Positions 21,389 to 30,914 are shown, counted from the stretch's first letter. The stretch: 64,000 nucleotides of DNA from an uncultured Peptococcaceae bacterium (GCA_947625705.1 CANQPG010000001.1:56963-120962); one strand, 5' to 3'. Notes: a model not told the origin generated them from the sequence alone. Made by a program: numbers and translations.

Positions 21389-22687
21389 TTAAAAAATTCC
21401 GGCTCGTTTATATACATAATCAATGTTCCGCAGAAAATACTCGTAATCGAACAGCTCGTCCAGCTCGTCCGGCGCGATAAAAGCCATAATTTCCGCGTCC
21501 TGCAACAGTTCATAAGCAAAATCGGTGCGTTCATTATAAGAGCGCATCGCGTTCCGCTGCACCATGGCGTAGGCCTGCTTGCGCGGCACGCCCCGCTCCA
21601 ACAGCGTCATCAGCACCCGCTGCGAGAAAATCAGCCCCCGCGTCAGATCGAGGTTGGCCTCCATACGCTCATGGTTGACGCTCATGGTCGTCAGCGTGTC
21701 GATCATCTGCTGTAACATAAAATCGGCCAGTACACAGCTGTCCTGCACGATCACCAGCTCCGCCGGCGAATGGGTCAGATCCCGCTCGTCCCAAAGGGCG
21801 ACGTTTTCCAGCGCCGCCATCGCGTTGGCGCGGAGAATTCTCGCCAGGCCGCTCACGCGCTCCGCTTTCACGGGGTTGATCTTATGCGGCATAGCGCTGG
21901 CGCCGATCATGCCCGGCTCCAGCGGCTCGCTGATCTCTTTAATTTCTGTACGCTCAAGGGTGCGTATCTCCACCGCGAATTTATCCAGCGTGGAGCCCAA
22001 AAGCGCCAGCGCCAGCATTAATTCGGCGTGGCGGTCGCGCTGCAATATCTGCGAGCTGGCCGTGGCCTGCTTCAGATCAAGTCTTCGGCAGACATGTTCC
22101 TCCACAAACGGCTCAATGTGGGCGTAAAGCCCCGTCACACCGGAAATTTTGCCGACGGCGACCACGTTCCGCGCCTGCTGCATACGGTTGATGGTGCGGT
22201 CAAGCTCGCTTACCCAGACGACCATCTTCATGCCGAAGCTCATCGGCTCGGCCTGTATGCCATGGGTTCGCGCCACCATCAGCGTGTATTTGTGCTTCTT
22301 GGCCAGCTCGGCCACAATATCGCGCAGCTGGTAAAGCTTGCCGGTGATCAGATCGACCGCCTGCTTCATCTGCACCGCCATCGCGGTATCCACAATGTCG
22401 GAGGAAGTCATGCCCCAATGCAGGTTTTTGGCGTTTTCCGGGCCCACCTGCTCCGTCACGGCCTCCAGAAACGCAGCCACATCGTGCTTGGTGACGGCCT
22501 CGATCTCTTTCACCCGCCGCACGTCCACACCGGCGCGCTTGACGATCTCCTCATAGCTTTCCGCGTCCAATTTACCGGAATCTTTCATCGCCTCGCAGGC
22601 GTAAAGCTCCACCTGCAACATCTGCTGCAAGCGGTTTTCGTCCGACCATATTTTTTCCATCTCCGGCAGACAGTATCGTGAAATCAC
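21389..22687 (-). CDS. purB: adenylosuccinate lyase
   Basis: Fumarase/ASL family, 432 aa. Confidence 0.92.
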   Translation of the reverse strand: MISRYCLPEMEKIWSDENRLQQMLQVELYACEAMKDSGKLDAESYEEIVKRAGVDVRRVKEIEAVTKHDVAAFLEAVTEQVGPENAKNLHWGMTSSDIVDTAMAVQMKQAVDLITGKLYQLRDIVAELAKKHKYTLMVARTHGIQAEPMSFGMKMVVWVSELDRTINRMQQARNVVAVGKISGVTGLYAHIEPFVEEHVCRRLDLKQATASSQILQRDRHAELMLALALLGSTLDKFAVEIRTLERTEIKEISEPLEPGMIGASAMPHKINPVKAERVSGLARILRANAMAALENVALWDERDLTHSPAELVIVQDSCVLADFMLQQMIDTLTTMSVNHERMEANLDLTRGLIFSQRVLMTLLERGVPRKQAYAMVQRNAMRSYNERTDFAYELLQDAEIMAFIAPDELDELFDYEYFLRNIDYVYKRAGIF

Positions 22688-22726
22688 CGCGCCGCCCTCC
22701 AGTCTTTTTGCAATTTATCCCCAATC

Positions 22727-23245
22727 CTATTTCTGCGCCAGGTAACCGGCCACGCCCAGTTTTTGCAGCTTGGCGTCCTTGGCCTCCACGCCGGCCAGCA
22801 GCCCCGCCTTGAAATCGGCCAGCTTCGCCGCCAGCTCCCCATCAGAGAGCGCCAGCATCTGCGCCGCCAAAATGCCGGCGTTGCGCGCCCCGTTGATAGC
22901 CACCGTGGCCACCGGAATACCCGAGGGCATCTGCACCATTGCCAGCAATGCGTCCAGCCCGGCAAGCGCCCCCGACTGGATCGGCACGGCAATGACGGGG
23001 AGCGTGGTTTCCGCCGCGATGACGCCCGCCAAATGCGCCGCGCCGCCCGCCCCGGCAATGATCACGCCAAACCCGGCCGCCGCCGCGCCCGCCGCTAACT
23101 TCGCCGTTTTCTCCGGCGCGCGGTGGGCGGAGGATATCCGCACCTCATACGGCACCGACAGCTCGTCCAACAGCTTGGCCGTCTCCTGCATAACGGGCAG
23201 ATCGGAATCGCTGCCCATGATAATAAGAACCTTTTTCATCGCCAA
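22727..23245 (-). CDS. purE: N5-carboxyaminoimidazole ribonucleotide mutase
   Basis: A 172-aa protein with the classic PurE sequence. Confidence 0.93.
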   Translation of the reverse strand: MAMKKVLIIMGSDSDLPVMQETAKLLDELSVPYEVRISSAHRAPEKTAKLAAGAAAAGFGVIIAGAGGAAHLAGVIAAETTLPVIAVPIQSGALAGLDALLAMVQMPSGIPVATVAINGARNAGILAAQMLALSDGELAAKLADFKAGLLAGVEAKDAKLQKLGVAGYLAQK

Positions 23246-23276
23246 ATCCCCCTATAATAACCCTGTATCAAACGCC

Positions 23277-25445
23277 TTAAAGCTGCAAAATATCCGCCAC
23301 CAGCTGCGGCATATCCGCCGGCGTCACCTCGGTATCATGCCGCACGGGCTTCTGCTCCAAACCGACCAAGGCGCGGTGCGCCGGGCGGCCGATTTTATTC
23401 GCGAGCTGCCGCAGCACCTCTTCCTCCGCCGCGTCCGGGGCAATAGCCTCACCCAGTGCCGCCAGCACCGCCCGCCCGAATTTGAACGGGCTGGCCGTAC
23501 TGGCGATGACTACCGGGACAGTATCGCCGCTTGCCTTGGCATATTCACCGTAAACGTGCGCCGCCACCGCCGTGTGCGGATCCAGCGCGTAATTTTGCTC
23601 GGCCAGATACTGCCGAATAGTTTCCGCCACCTGCTCTTCCGCCGCAAAGCCACCGGAGATGACCTCGCGCCAATGCTCCACTGCCTGCGGATCAGCCGTA
23701 AAAACGCCGTCCTGATCCAGCGCCGCGTAGGCCGCACGCACTTTCGCGGCATCGCCGCCTGTCATAGCATAATAGAAACGCTCAAAGTTGCTGCTGATCA
23801 GGATATCCATGCTGGGGCTGGTGGTTTTAACAAATTCCCGCCGCTTGTCGTAAACACCGGTCGCCAGCGCGTCGGCCAGCACCTTGTTGCTGTTGCTGGC
23901 GCAGACCAGGTGCTTGATCGGGAGCCCCATCTCCCGCGCGTAATAGGCGGCCAGAATGTTGCCGAAGTTCCCCGTCGGCACCGCCACGTTGAACGGCTCG
24001 CCGGGCTTAACGCTCCCCTGCCGCAGCAGCTCCGCATAGCTCCAGAAATAATAGACGATCTGCGGGCACAGCCGCCCCCAGTTGATGGAATTGGCGGAGG
24101 AAAAGCATTTACCCGCCGCCGCCAGCCTTGCGGCCAGCGCGTCGTCGCCGAAAATGCGCTTCACGCCGGTCTGGCAGTCGTCAAAATTGCCGCGGACGGC
24201 GCAGACGTACGTGTTATCGCCGTCGGTGGTGGCCATTTGCAGGTACTGCGCCCGGCTCACCCCGCCCGCGGGATAGAAGCAGATGATTTTGACGCCCGGC
24301 ACGTTTTTGAAGCCCTCCAGCGCGGCTTTGCCCGTGTCGCCGGAGGTGGCCACGAGGATATCGACCTCTTTTTCCTCACCGTCAATGCGCCCGGCCTCGG
24401 TCAAAAGGCGGGGCAGAATTTGCAGCGCCATGTCCTTGAACGCCGCCGTCGGCCCATGCCAAAGCTCCAATATATGCACGCCGCCCGCAAGCTTGGTCAG
24501 CGGCGCGATCTTCGCGTCGGCAAAGTTGTCGCCGTAGGCCGCCGCCACGATCTCATGCAGCGTGTCCTCCTGATAATCGGTCAAAAACAGCCCCAAAACC
24601 TTTTCGGCCAGCGTCTGATAGCTCATGGCGCTAAGCTCCGCCCAGGTGTAGGGGAAGCGCGGCAGTTCCTCCGGTACAAAAAGCCCGCCGCCCGGCACCA
24701 TGCCCAGGCGGATCGCCTGCGCCGCCGTCACCCCTTGGGAGTTCCCTCTGGTGCTGATATATCGCATCGGTTTCACCTCATTTGCCGCGGGGGACTTGGC
24801 GCACAGCCGAAAAATCGGCTGGCCGAGCGCCCGAAAGCGGCTTTCATATTCGGTTATCTCGTCCTCCGCCGCCTGTTTGGGCGGATAGTTACAGTCAATA
24901 TCGTGCAAATGCCAGCCCGCCGCCAGCAGCTGGTCGGCTGACCACTCAAACAGGCCGCGGTTGTCCGTCTTCAGCCAAAGCTCGCCCGCCGATGAGAGTA
25001 TTTGGGCATATACCGCCAGAAACCCCGCCGCCGTCAGCCGCCGCTTGGCGTGCTTTTTCTTCGGCCAGGGATCGGAAAAGTTCAGGTAGATACGGCTGAC
25101 CTCGCCCGGCGCAAAGCTATCCGCCAGCTTCGCCGCGTCCTGCCAGAGCAGCGCCAGATTGGGCGCGGGGGTATCGTCCGCCTCCGCCAGCTTTTCCAGC
25201 GCGCGCGCCAGCACGTCCTCATGCAGCTCCAGCCCCACTACGTTAAGCTGCGGGTTGTGCCGCGCCAGATCGTTGCAGAAGCGCCCTCGGCCGCAGCCGA
25301 TCTCCAGACAAAGCTTATCGCCCGCTGCGCCCCGGGCGGCAAAAAAAGCCTGCCAGCCCCCGGCGGGCGCGGTCGCCGGCGTCAGCACCAGATCAGGCGT
25401 GTTCTCTAATTTTTCCCGGCTGCCGGGAACATGTCGCAAACGCAT
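23277..25445 (-). CDS. in-frame fusion ORF: N-terminal tRNA (guanine46-N7)-methyltransferase TrmB (aa 1-226) plus C-terminal threonine synthase ThrC (aa 227-722)
   Basis: The TrmB domain has LEIGCGRG and DPWPKKKH motifs. The ThrC part begins MRYISTRG, and its ATG at 24767 is preceded by a GAGGTG Shine-Dalgarno. There is no in-frame stop between the two parts. Confidence 0.8.
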   Translation of the reverse strand: MRLRHVPGSREKLENTPDLVLTPATAPAGGWQAFFAARGAAGDKLCLEIGCGRGRFCNDLARHNPQLNVVGLELHEDVLARALEKLAEADDTPAPNLALLWQDAAKLADSFAPGEVSRIYLNFSDPWPKKKHAKRRLTAAGFLAVYAQILSSAGELWLKTDNRGLFEWSADQLLAAGWHLHDIDCNYPPKQAAEDEITEYESRFRALGQPIFRLCAKSPAANEVKPMRYISTRGNSQGVTAAQAIRLGMVPGGGLFVPEELPRFPYTWAELSAMSYQTLAEKVLGLFLTDYQEDTLHEIVAAAYGDNFADAKIAPLTKLAGGVHILELWHGPTAAFKDMALQILPRLLTEAGRIDGEEKEVDILVATSGDTGKAALEGFKNVPGVKIICFYPAGGVSRAQYLQMATTDGDNTYVCAVRGNFDDCQTGVKRIFGDDALAARLAAAGKCFSSANSINWGRLCPQIVYYFWSYAELLRQGSVKPGEPFNVAVPTGNFGNILAAYYAREMGLPIKHLVCASNSNKVLADALATGVYDKRREFVKTTSPSMDILISSNFERFYYAMTGGDAAKVRAAYAALDQDGVFTADPQAVEHWREVISGGFAAEEQVAETIRQYLAEQNYALDPHTAVAAHVYGEYAKASGDTVPVVIASTASPFKFGRAVLAALGEAIAPDAAEEEVLRQLANKIGRPAHRALVGLEQKPVRHDTEVTPADMPQLVADILQL

Positions 25446-25476
25446 AAGCAGGCTCCCTTATCCCAGAATATGTAGT

Positions 25477-25821
25477 TTAAACGTCGGCCAACAGCGCGTC
25501 GATCTCTTTATCAACGTCGTTCTTGGAAAGGCCGTGTTCCTTTTCCAGCCGAAGCGATATCGCCTCCGCCCAGAAAGAGAGCTTCTCGGCGATCTTCTTA
25601 TATTTTTTGACGTTGGCGTCCTTGGCCTTGCCACGGTCAATGGCGTTGGCCGCCACCACCGTGGTGATCGCCGTGGCTTTCACCAGATTTTCCTTGTCAT
25701 ACCCCTTATAGTTGGCCATAAACTCGGCCAGAACATCGCGGTAATAGGCGGAAAACTCCGCAAACGGAATTTCATCGTCCATTTGCAGGTATTCGCGCAG
25801 TTTGGCAAAAAGTGCTTCCAT
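25477..25821 (-). CDS. hypothetical protein (114 aa)
   Basis: The start MEALFAKL has a GGAGAGGAG Shine-Dalgarno. The longer track ORF runs into the RNase P RNA gene. Confidence 0.45.
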   Translation of the reverse strand: MEALFAKLREYLQMDDEIPFAEFSAYYRDVLAEFMANYKGYDKENLVKATAITTVVAANAIDRGKAKDANVKKYKKIAEKLSFWAEAISLRLEKEHGLSKNDVDKEIDALLADV

Positions 25822-25854
25822 GATCAATCTCCTCTCCGTTGCTTCGCCAAAAAC

Positions 25855-26221
25855 AATAAGCCGAGCCAAGCCTGTAAGCCGGGTTCTGTCGTGAACGGAC
25901 ATCTATCTGGTGCGGCTGTTGCCAGCCGCCTCCTGCGGCCCTTTTATGCAGGCAGGACGGGCAGCACTGTGCGCCTGCATTTGGCCTTGCTTCGGGTGGG
26001 GTTTACCTAGCCGGCCGGTCACCCGGCCGCTGGTGCGCTCTTACCGCACCGTTCCATCCTTGCCGGCGCTTGCGCGCTTAGGCGGTTTGTTTCTGTGGCA
26101 CTTTCCTTAAGATCACTCTCACCGGCCGTTAGCCGGCACCCTGCCCTGTGAAGCCCGGACTTTCCTCAGCGCGGGCCTTTTGGGTCTCCGCGCCGCGTCC
26201 GCTCAGCTTACTCGGCTTATA
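25855..26221 (-). ncRNA. rnpB: RNase P RNA, bacterial type A
   Basis: GAGGAAAGTCCGGGC, GGTAAGAGCGCACCAG, CAAGGCCAAAT and ACAGAACCCGGCTTA, in the expected order. P1 pairing links ATAAGCCGAG to CTCGGCTTAT. Confidence 0.9.
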
Positions 26222-26292
26222 TTTTTTGGTGAAAATCAATAAAAACTCCATTATTTTTATTGACTATTCATTATAGCATTTTTCCGCCGCTT

Positions 26293-26334
26293 ATGCAATA
26301 AAAAACCGCCCGAAAGCGCAGCTCTCCGGCGGTT
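26293..26334 (-). terminator. rho-independent terminator after the LUD-domain gene
   Basis: CCGCC..GGCGG stem followed by TTTTTTATT on the minus strand. Confidence 0.55.
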
Positions 26335-26367
26335 ATTTGGCAGTTTATGCCTGATATGTCAATGTGC

Positions 26368-27021
26368 TTAAAGCCCCAATTCCTCGCCGATAATGACCAC
26401 CTCGGCATAGGCGCGCTTCATGCGGTGCAGATGAATTACCAGCGCGTTGCAGATACGCTCCGGGCTTTGGCAGTCATAACAGCGGTCGCCTTTTACCGCG
26501 CAGGGTGTTTTATACCCCTTACGCTGGGCGTTCTTGGGTGCGGCAATGTTCCGGGCGCGCCAGATCGCGCTCTCCAAGTCCGGGCAGAGCTTGTTCACGC
26601 CGAACACGAAATACACTTTCTCATGCCCATAGACCGTACCGGCCACGCGGTTGCCCATCGCGTCGATATTCACCAGCTCGCCGTTAATACTCGCCCCGTT
26701 CACCGACGTTAAAAACACCGCGGTGTGCTGCGTCTCCGGAATGATCTCAAAAAAATCGCGCCCGTCCGCCGGGTGCATGGGGTCGATGACCTGATTGTGC
26801 GCCAAGAGCTTTTCATACACGCCGATGTTATACAGCGTCCGCGAGTCGCCGAAGCCCACCGTCTCGCCATCTATGGCCGCGTCCAGATAAGCCGCCGCCG
26901 CCGCGCCCGCGGCAAAATAATGCGCTATGTAGCCTTTCCGCTCAAACGCCGCCAGCACCTGCGCCATATCCAATTCCGCCGCTTGGCAAACGCGGCAATT
27001 CTGCTCTGCCATCTGCGTCAC
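26368..27021 (-). CDS. LUD-domain (DUF162, LutC-like) protein
   Basis: A 217-aa protein with family-level similarity to lactate-utilisation C-type proteins. Confidence 0.5.
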   Translation of the reverse strand: MTQMAEQNCRVCQAAELDMAQVLAAFERKGYIAHYFAAGAAAAAYLDAAIDGETVGFGDSRTLYNIGVYEKLLAHNQVIDPMHPADGRDFFEIIPETQHTAVFLTSVNGASINGELVNIDAMGNRVAGTVYGHEKVYFVFGVNKLCPDLESAIWRARNIAAPKNAQRKGYKTPCAVKGDRCYDCQSPERICNALVIHLHRMKRAYAEVVIIGEELGL

Positions 27022-27024
27022 CCC

Positions 27025-27831
27025 TTATAACTTCGCGCCGTCCGCGCCGTAAAACTGCCAGCTGTCCGCTTCCTCGGCAAAATGCACCGCAAGCCCCGGC
27101 ATTTGTTCTTGCAGCAGCCGCGCCAGCCGCCGGATACCGATGACCTCGGTGGCAAAATGCGTTCCGTCCAGCACGGCAAAGCCCGCGTTCGCCGCCTGCA
27201 AGCCCTCGTGGTGCTTGGGGTCGGCGGAAAGAAAAGCGTCGCAGCCCGCCGCCTGCGCCTCTTGCCAAAATTCCATGCCCGCGCCGCCGCAGACGCCCAG
27301 CCGTCGGTAGGTTTTATCCGCACGAAGCCCCGCCGCCCGGATAACCGGCAAGCCCAGCGCCCGCGCCACGGTTTTAAGCAGCTCCCCCGCCGCCAGCCCC
27401 TCAGGCAAATCACCCGCCAGCAGCAAAATCTCCTCGCCCGCGCCCGGCTCGGCAAACGGCTTGATGTTAACAAGCCCCAGCGCCTCGGCCAGCCCCCAGT
27501 TGATGCCGCCCGGCGCGTTATCCCAGTTGGTATGGCAGGCCACGGCCGCCATGTCGGCCTTGATCAGCGCCGTTATCATATCGCCCTCATAGCGGCCGGG
27601 CAGCACCTGCTTCTGGCCGTGGAAGATGAACGGGTGGTGCGTCAAAATCAGGTTGCAATCCGCCTGCTTGGCCTGTTCGATCACGTCCGCAGTCAAATCC
27701 AGCGCCGCCATCACGCCGCGGCACTCTGCCCCGGCGTCCCCCAGCAGCAGGCCGGGGTTATCCCAATCCGCCGCCAGCTCCGGCGGCGCCAGGCGGTGCA
27801 GCACCTCGCATATTTCGGCAATTTTCGGCAT
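27025..27831 (-). CDS. Nif3-family dinuclear metal-centre protein (YqfO-like)
   Basis: NIF3 signature (NLILTHHP..HTNWD), conserved downstream of trmK. Confidence 0.85.
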   Translation of the reverse strand: MPKIAEICEVLHRLAPPELAADWDNPGLLLGDAGAECRGVMAALDLTADVIEQAKQADCNLILTHHPFIFHGQKQVLPGRYEGDMITALIKADMAAVACHTNWDNAPGGINWGLAEALGLVNIKPFAEPGAGEEILLLAGDLPEGLAAGELLKTVARALGLPVIRAAGLRADKTYRRLGVCGGAGMEFWQEAQAAGCDAFLSADPKHHEGLQAANAGFAVLDGTHFATEVIGIRRLARLLQEQMPGLAVHFAEEADSWQFYGADGAKL

Positions 27832-28553
27832 TATTTCTCACTCCCTTTGGCGGTTTTCTCGTCGATCCCGGCAATCACCTTGGCCACGCGGGAGATTTCC
27901 TCCTCCAGCTGATCCTTACGCGCCATGCTGTCCGGGCTGAAGTTGTCGGCCATTGCTTCCAAAAGCCGCGTCAGGTCGCGCTCCCGCAGGCTCAGAAAAT
28001 CCTTGAACAGCGGGTGGCCGCAGGATAACAGCAGGGGGCCAAACTCCGCCTCCAGGTCGGATAGCTGCATTTCGCCCGGCTCCGCCGCGATGATCTCATA
28101 ATAAAAGCCGTCGTCCTCGGCCAAGTCCTCGGCCACAATGCGGAAGCCGTTATCGGCCAGAAACCGCCGCACGGCGGCCACGTTCCGCTGCGGCTGCAAA
28201 ACCAGGCGCAGCGCCGCCCTGGCCTGCGCCATGCCCTCGGCGATGATCTCGGTTATCGCCATGCCGCCCATACCGGCAATACAGATAACTTCCGCCTCAC
28301 CGGGAGAGAGCACCGAGAGGCCGTCGCCCAGCCGGCAGCTGATCTGATTTTCCAGCGAGAGCAGCCCCACCAGCTGCTCCGCCTGCGAGAGCGGCCCTTT
28401 GCCGCGGTCACTGGCGATGATTTGCGGCGAGATATCGTTCACCGCCAAAAACACCGGCAGATAGCCGTGATCCGTCCCGATATCCGCCACCCGGCGCCCG
28501 GCGGGTATCTGCCGCGCCACGGCCTGCAAACGGTTGGAAAGCTTTATCCGCAT
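27831..28553 (-). CDS. trmK: tRNA (adenine22-N1)-methyltransferase
   Basis: YqfN/TrmK family (VADIGTDHGYLP). Confidence 0.85.
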   Translation of the reverse strand: MRIKLSNRLQAVARQIPAGRRVADIGTDHGYLPVFLAVNDISPQIIASDRGKGPLSQAEQLVGLLSLENQISCRLGDGLSVLSPGEAEVICIAGMGGMAITEIIAEGMAQARAALRLVLQPQRNVAAVRRFLADNGFRIVAEDLAEDDGFYYEIIAAEPGEMQLSDLEAEFGPLLLSCGHPLFKDFLSLRERDLTRLLEAMADNFSPDSMARKDQLEEEISRVAKVIAGIDEKTAKGSEK

Positions 28554-28674
28554 GACAACCTCCTGTTACACTATCTTCTCTGCTTATTATGACCGCAGTT
28601 TCGGCCTCTATGATAATTACAGAAAATAACCGGGTTTTCCTGCCTTTTTGGCAATATTTTCCGCATTTTTGCGA

Positions 28675-28824
28675 GGCTCCGATAAAACTTTTCCGCTCCA
28701 TGACCTGCGCAAATTACGCGGAAAAGTATTATCCGAGCCCGCAATGCTTTGGGCGGGGCATTGATAAAACTTTCCGCTTCATGACCTGCGCAAATTACGC
28801 GGAAAGTATTATCAATACCCGCCG
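28675..28824. repeat. palindromic intergenic repeat cluster 1: two copies (28675-28740, 28756-28824) plus a degenerate third upstream
   Basis: Each unit is GATAAAACTTTYCCGC-TYCATGACCTGCGCAAATTAC-GCGGAAARGTATTATC. Its arms are reverse complements forming ~16-bp stems. Confidence 0.8.
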
Positions 28825-28835
28825 GTGCAAAGGAG

Positions 28836-28866
28836 CAAAAAAATGCCGGGGCAAACACCCCGGCAT
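28836..28866 (-). terminator. rho-independent terminator of the carboxyltransferase gene
   Basis: ATGCCGGGG-caaaca-CCCCGGCAT followed by a 7-U run on the minus strand. Confidence 0.7.
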
Positions 28867-28871
28867 TAAGC

Positions 28872-30293
28872 TTATTTATTATACTTTTGTTCAAGGAACG
28901 GTTTAGCAACCTGCGGGAACATGATGTACAACAGCAAGTCCTCGTCGTTTTTCGCCAAATCGCCGATCTCCTTTTTCGCGTCCTCCAGATAAGGCGGCAG
29001 ATCGTCCGCCGGGCGGTGCGTAATGCTGGGCAGATCGCCGATGATCTGCTTCTTGATCGCCTCGTCCATCGGCGCGGGCGGCTGGCCGTAATGCCCCTGG
29101 AAGTATGCCTTGACCTCGTTGGTCACCATCTTATAGCGCCCGCCGGAAAGCACGTTCATCAGCGCCTGCGAGCCAACGATCTGGCTGCTGGGCGTCACCA
29201 GCGGCGGATAACCCATATCCTTGCGGACGCGCGGCACCTCGGCCATCACCTCGTCCAGGCGATCCAGCGCGTTGGCGGCCTTAAGCTGCGAGAGGAAGTT
29301 GCTCATCATGCCGCCGGGAATTTGGCTGGCCAGCACGGTCGGGTCAACGCCAGGGTTAGAGATATCGTATTCCTTGTAATGGGTACGAATTTCCTTGACC
29401 TTGGGCGCGATCGCCAGCAGTTTTTCGATATCAATGCCGGTGTCATAGGGCGTACCCTTAAGCACGGCCACCATCACCTCGTCCGCCGGCTGGGAAGTAC
29501 CCATCGCGAGCGGGCTCATCGCGCAGTCCACCACGTCGCAGCCCGCCTCGATCGCTTTCATATAGCTCATCGCGGCCATGCCGGTGGTGTAATGGCAATG
29601 CAGCTGCACCGTGAGGCCAACCTGCTCCTTAATGCCTTTTACCAGGTCATAAGCGCCGTAAGGGTAAATCAGGCCGCTCATGTCCTTAATGCAGATACTG
29701 TCCGCGCCCATCGCTTTCAGCTTTTTGGCGATCTCCACGAAATGCGCGGTGTTATGCACCGGGCTGTTGGTGTAGGATACCGCCACCTGGGCGTGGCCGC
29801 CGTATTTCTTGGTGGCTTTCACGGCGCTTTCCACGTTGCGCACATCGTTCAGCGCGTCGAAAATGCGGATAATATCAATGCCGTTTTCGATACACTTCTT
29901 CACAAACAGATCGACCACGTCGTCGGAATAATGCCGGTAGCCCAGCAGATTCTGACCGCGCAGCAGCATTTGCAGCTTGGTGTTGGGGCAGGCCTTGCGG
30001 ATTTGGCGCAGGCGCTCCCACGGGTCCTCGTTCAAAAAGCGCATACAGCTGTCGAAAGTGGCGCCGCCCCAAACCTCCATGCTGTGAAAACCCACCTTAT
30101 CCAGATCCGACGCGACGGAGAGAATATCCTCCAGCGTCATACGGGTGGCAAGCAGGCTTTGGTGCGCGTCGCGGAGCGTGGTGTCGGTGATACCGACCTT
30201 ATGCTTGGCCGCCGCCTGGGGCTTGGCCGCGGGCGCAGCAGCCGGGGCGGGGGCAGGGCTTTCGCCCAGCAGTTTTTTGAAGAAACCAGCCAT
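28872..30293 (-). CDS. carboxyltransferase 5S-type subunit (oxaloacetate decarboxylase alpha / pyruvate carboxylase subunit B-like), no biotinyl domain
   Basis: A DRE_TIM / HMGL-like carboxyltransferase domain (GITDTTLRDAHQS). The start at MAGFFKK has an AAGGAGG Shine-Dalgarno. Its length excludes a C-terminal biotin domain. Confidence 0.8.
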   Translation of the reverse strand: MAGFFKKLLGESPAPAPAAAPAAKPQAAAKHKVGITDTTLRDAHQSLLATRMTLEDILSVASDLDKVGFHSMEVWGGATFDSCMRFLNEDPWERLRQIRKACPNTKLQMLLRGQNLLGYRHYSDDVVDLFVKKCIENGIDIIRIFDALNDVRNVESAVKATKKYGGHAQVAVSYTNSPVHNTAHFVEIAKKLKAMGADSICIKDMSGLIYPYGAYDLVKGIKEQVGLTVQLHCHYTTGMAAMSYMKAIEAGCDVVDCAMSPLAMGTSQPADEVMVAVLKGTPYDTGIDIEKLLAIAPKVKEIRTHYKEYDISNPGVDPTVLASQIPGGMMSNFLSQLKAANALDRLDEVMAEVPRVRKDMGYPPLVTPSSQIVGSQALMNVLSGGRYKMVTNEVKAYFQGHYGQPPAPMDEAIKKQIIGDLPSITHRPADDLPPYLEDAKKEIGDLAKNDEDLLLYIMFPQVAKPFLEQKYNK

Positions 30294-30374
30294 GATGACC
30301 TCCTTATTATTCACAAAATTTCGCTTAGCAACAATATACGCGGCGGCAGCCCATAAGCCACCGTCCGCGTATTC

Positions 30375-30403
30375 ATTATACCTAATTTACGGGCGCTTTT
30401 CAA
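30375..30403 (-). promoter_or_regulatory. sigma-A promoter, TTGAAA-17-TATAAT, for the carboxyltransferase gene
   Basis: Hexamers at 30398-30403 and 30375-30380 on the minus strand. Confidence 0.5.
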
Positions 30404-30424
30404 CAATAATTTGCAATTAAGCCA

Positions 30425-30910
30425 TTATTTGGCCGTATGGAATTTTTGCAGCAGCGCCTCGGCCACGCAGGGCGAAATAATGCCGTCGGGTATCTGCCCC
30501 AATTCACTGAAGTTCTTGACGATACTGGAGCTGACAAACTGATATTCCGGTGACGTCATCAAAAAAACGGAGTCCATCTCAGGCGCGACGTTTTTGTTCA
30601 TCTGCGCCATCTGAAATTCCTTTTCAAAATCGGAAAGCGCCCTGAGCCCCCGAATGATCGCCACCGCGCCCTCCCGGCGGCAGAAATCCACCAGCAGGCC
30701 GTCGAACGGCTTGACCTCTACATTCGGCAGCTCTGCCACGGCCTGTTGGGCAATTTCACAGCGTTCCGCCGCCGTAAACAGCGTCTGCTTGTAATTATCC
30801 TCCGCCACCGCCAGTATCAGCTTGTCGAACAGGCGGCAGGCACGGCGCAGAATATCAATGTGCCCCAGCGTTATCGGGTCAAAAGTTCCGGCATATACGG
30901 CAATTTTCAT
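30425..30910 (-). CDS. coaD: phosphopantetheine adenylyltransferase
   Basis: AVYAGTFDPITLGHIDIL (T/HxGH motif). The start is at MKIAVY. Confidence 0.92.
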   Translation of the reverse strand: MKIAVYAGTFDPITLGHIDILRRACRLFDKLILAVAEDNYKQTLFTAAERCEIAQQAVAELPNVEVKPFDGLLVDFCRREGAVAIIRGLRALSDFEKEFQMAQMNKNVAPEMDSVFLMTSPEYQFVSSSIVKNFSELGQIPDGIISPCVAEALLQKFHTAK

Positions 30911-30914
30911 ATTA

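Noticed and set aside
23246-23276. Expected purine riboswitch upstream of purE
   Set aside because: Only ~30 nt separate purE from the upstream thrC stop, and there is no aptamer-like sequence. The pur operon here is probably read through from upstream or uses another control.
22770-24941. 723-aa plus-strand ORF
   Set aside because: It is antisense to purE and trmB-thrC, with biased composition and no recognisable family.
28571-28909. Overlapping small ORFs on both strands (also 32950-33368, 40221-40610, 44421-44642)
   Set aside because: They lie entirely within the palindromic repeat clusters. The same 'peptides' recur because the DNA repeat recurs, and they lack RBS context.
28887-30356. 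489-aa plus-strand ORF
   Set aside because: It is antisense to the carboxyltransferase gene and His/Arg/Leu-rich.
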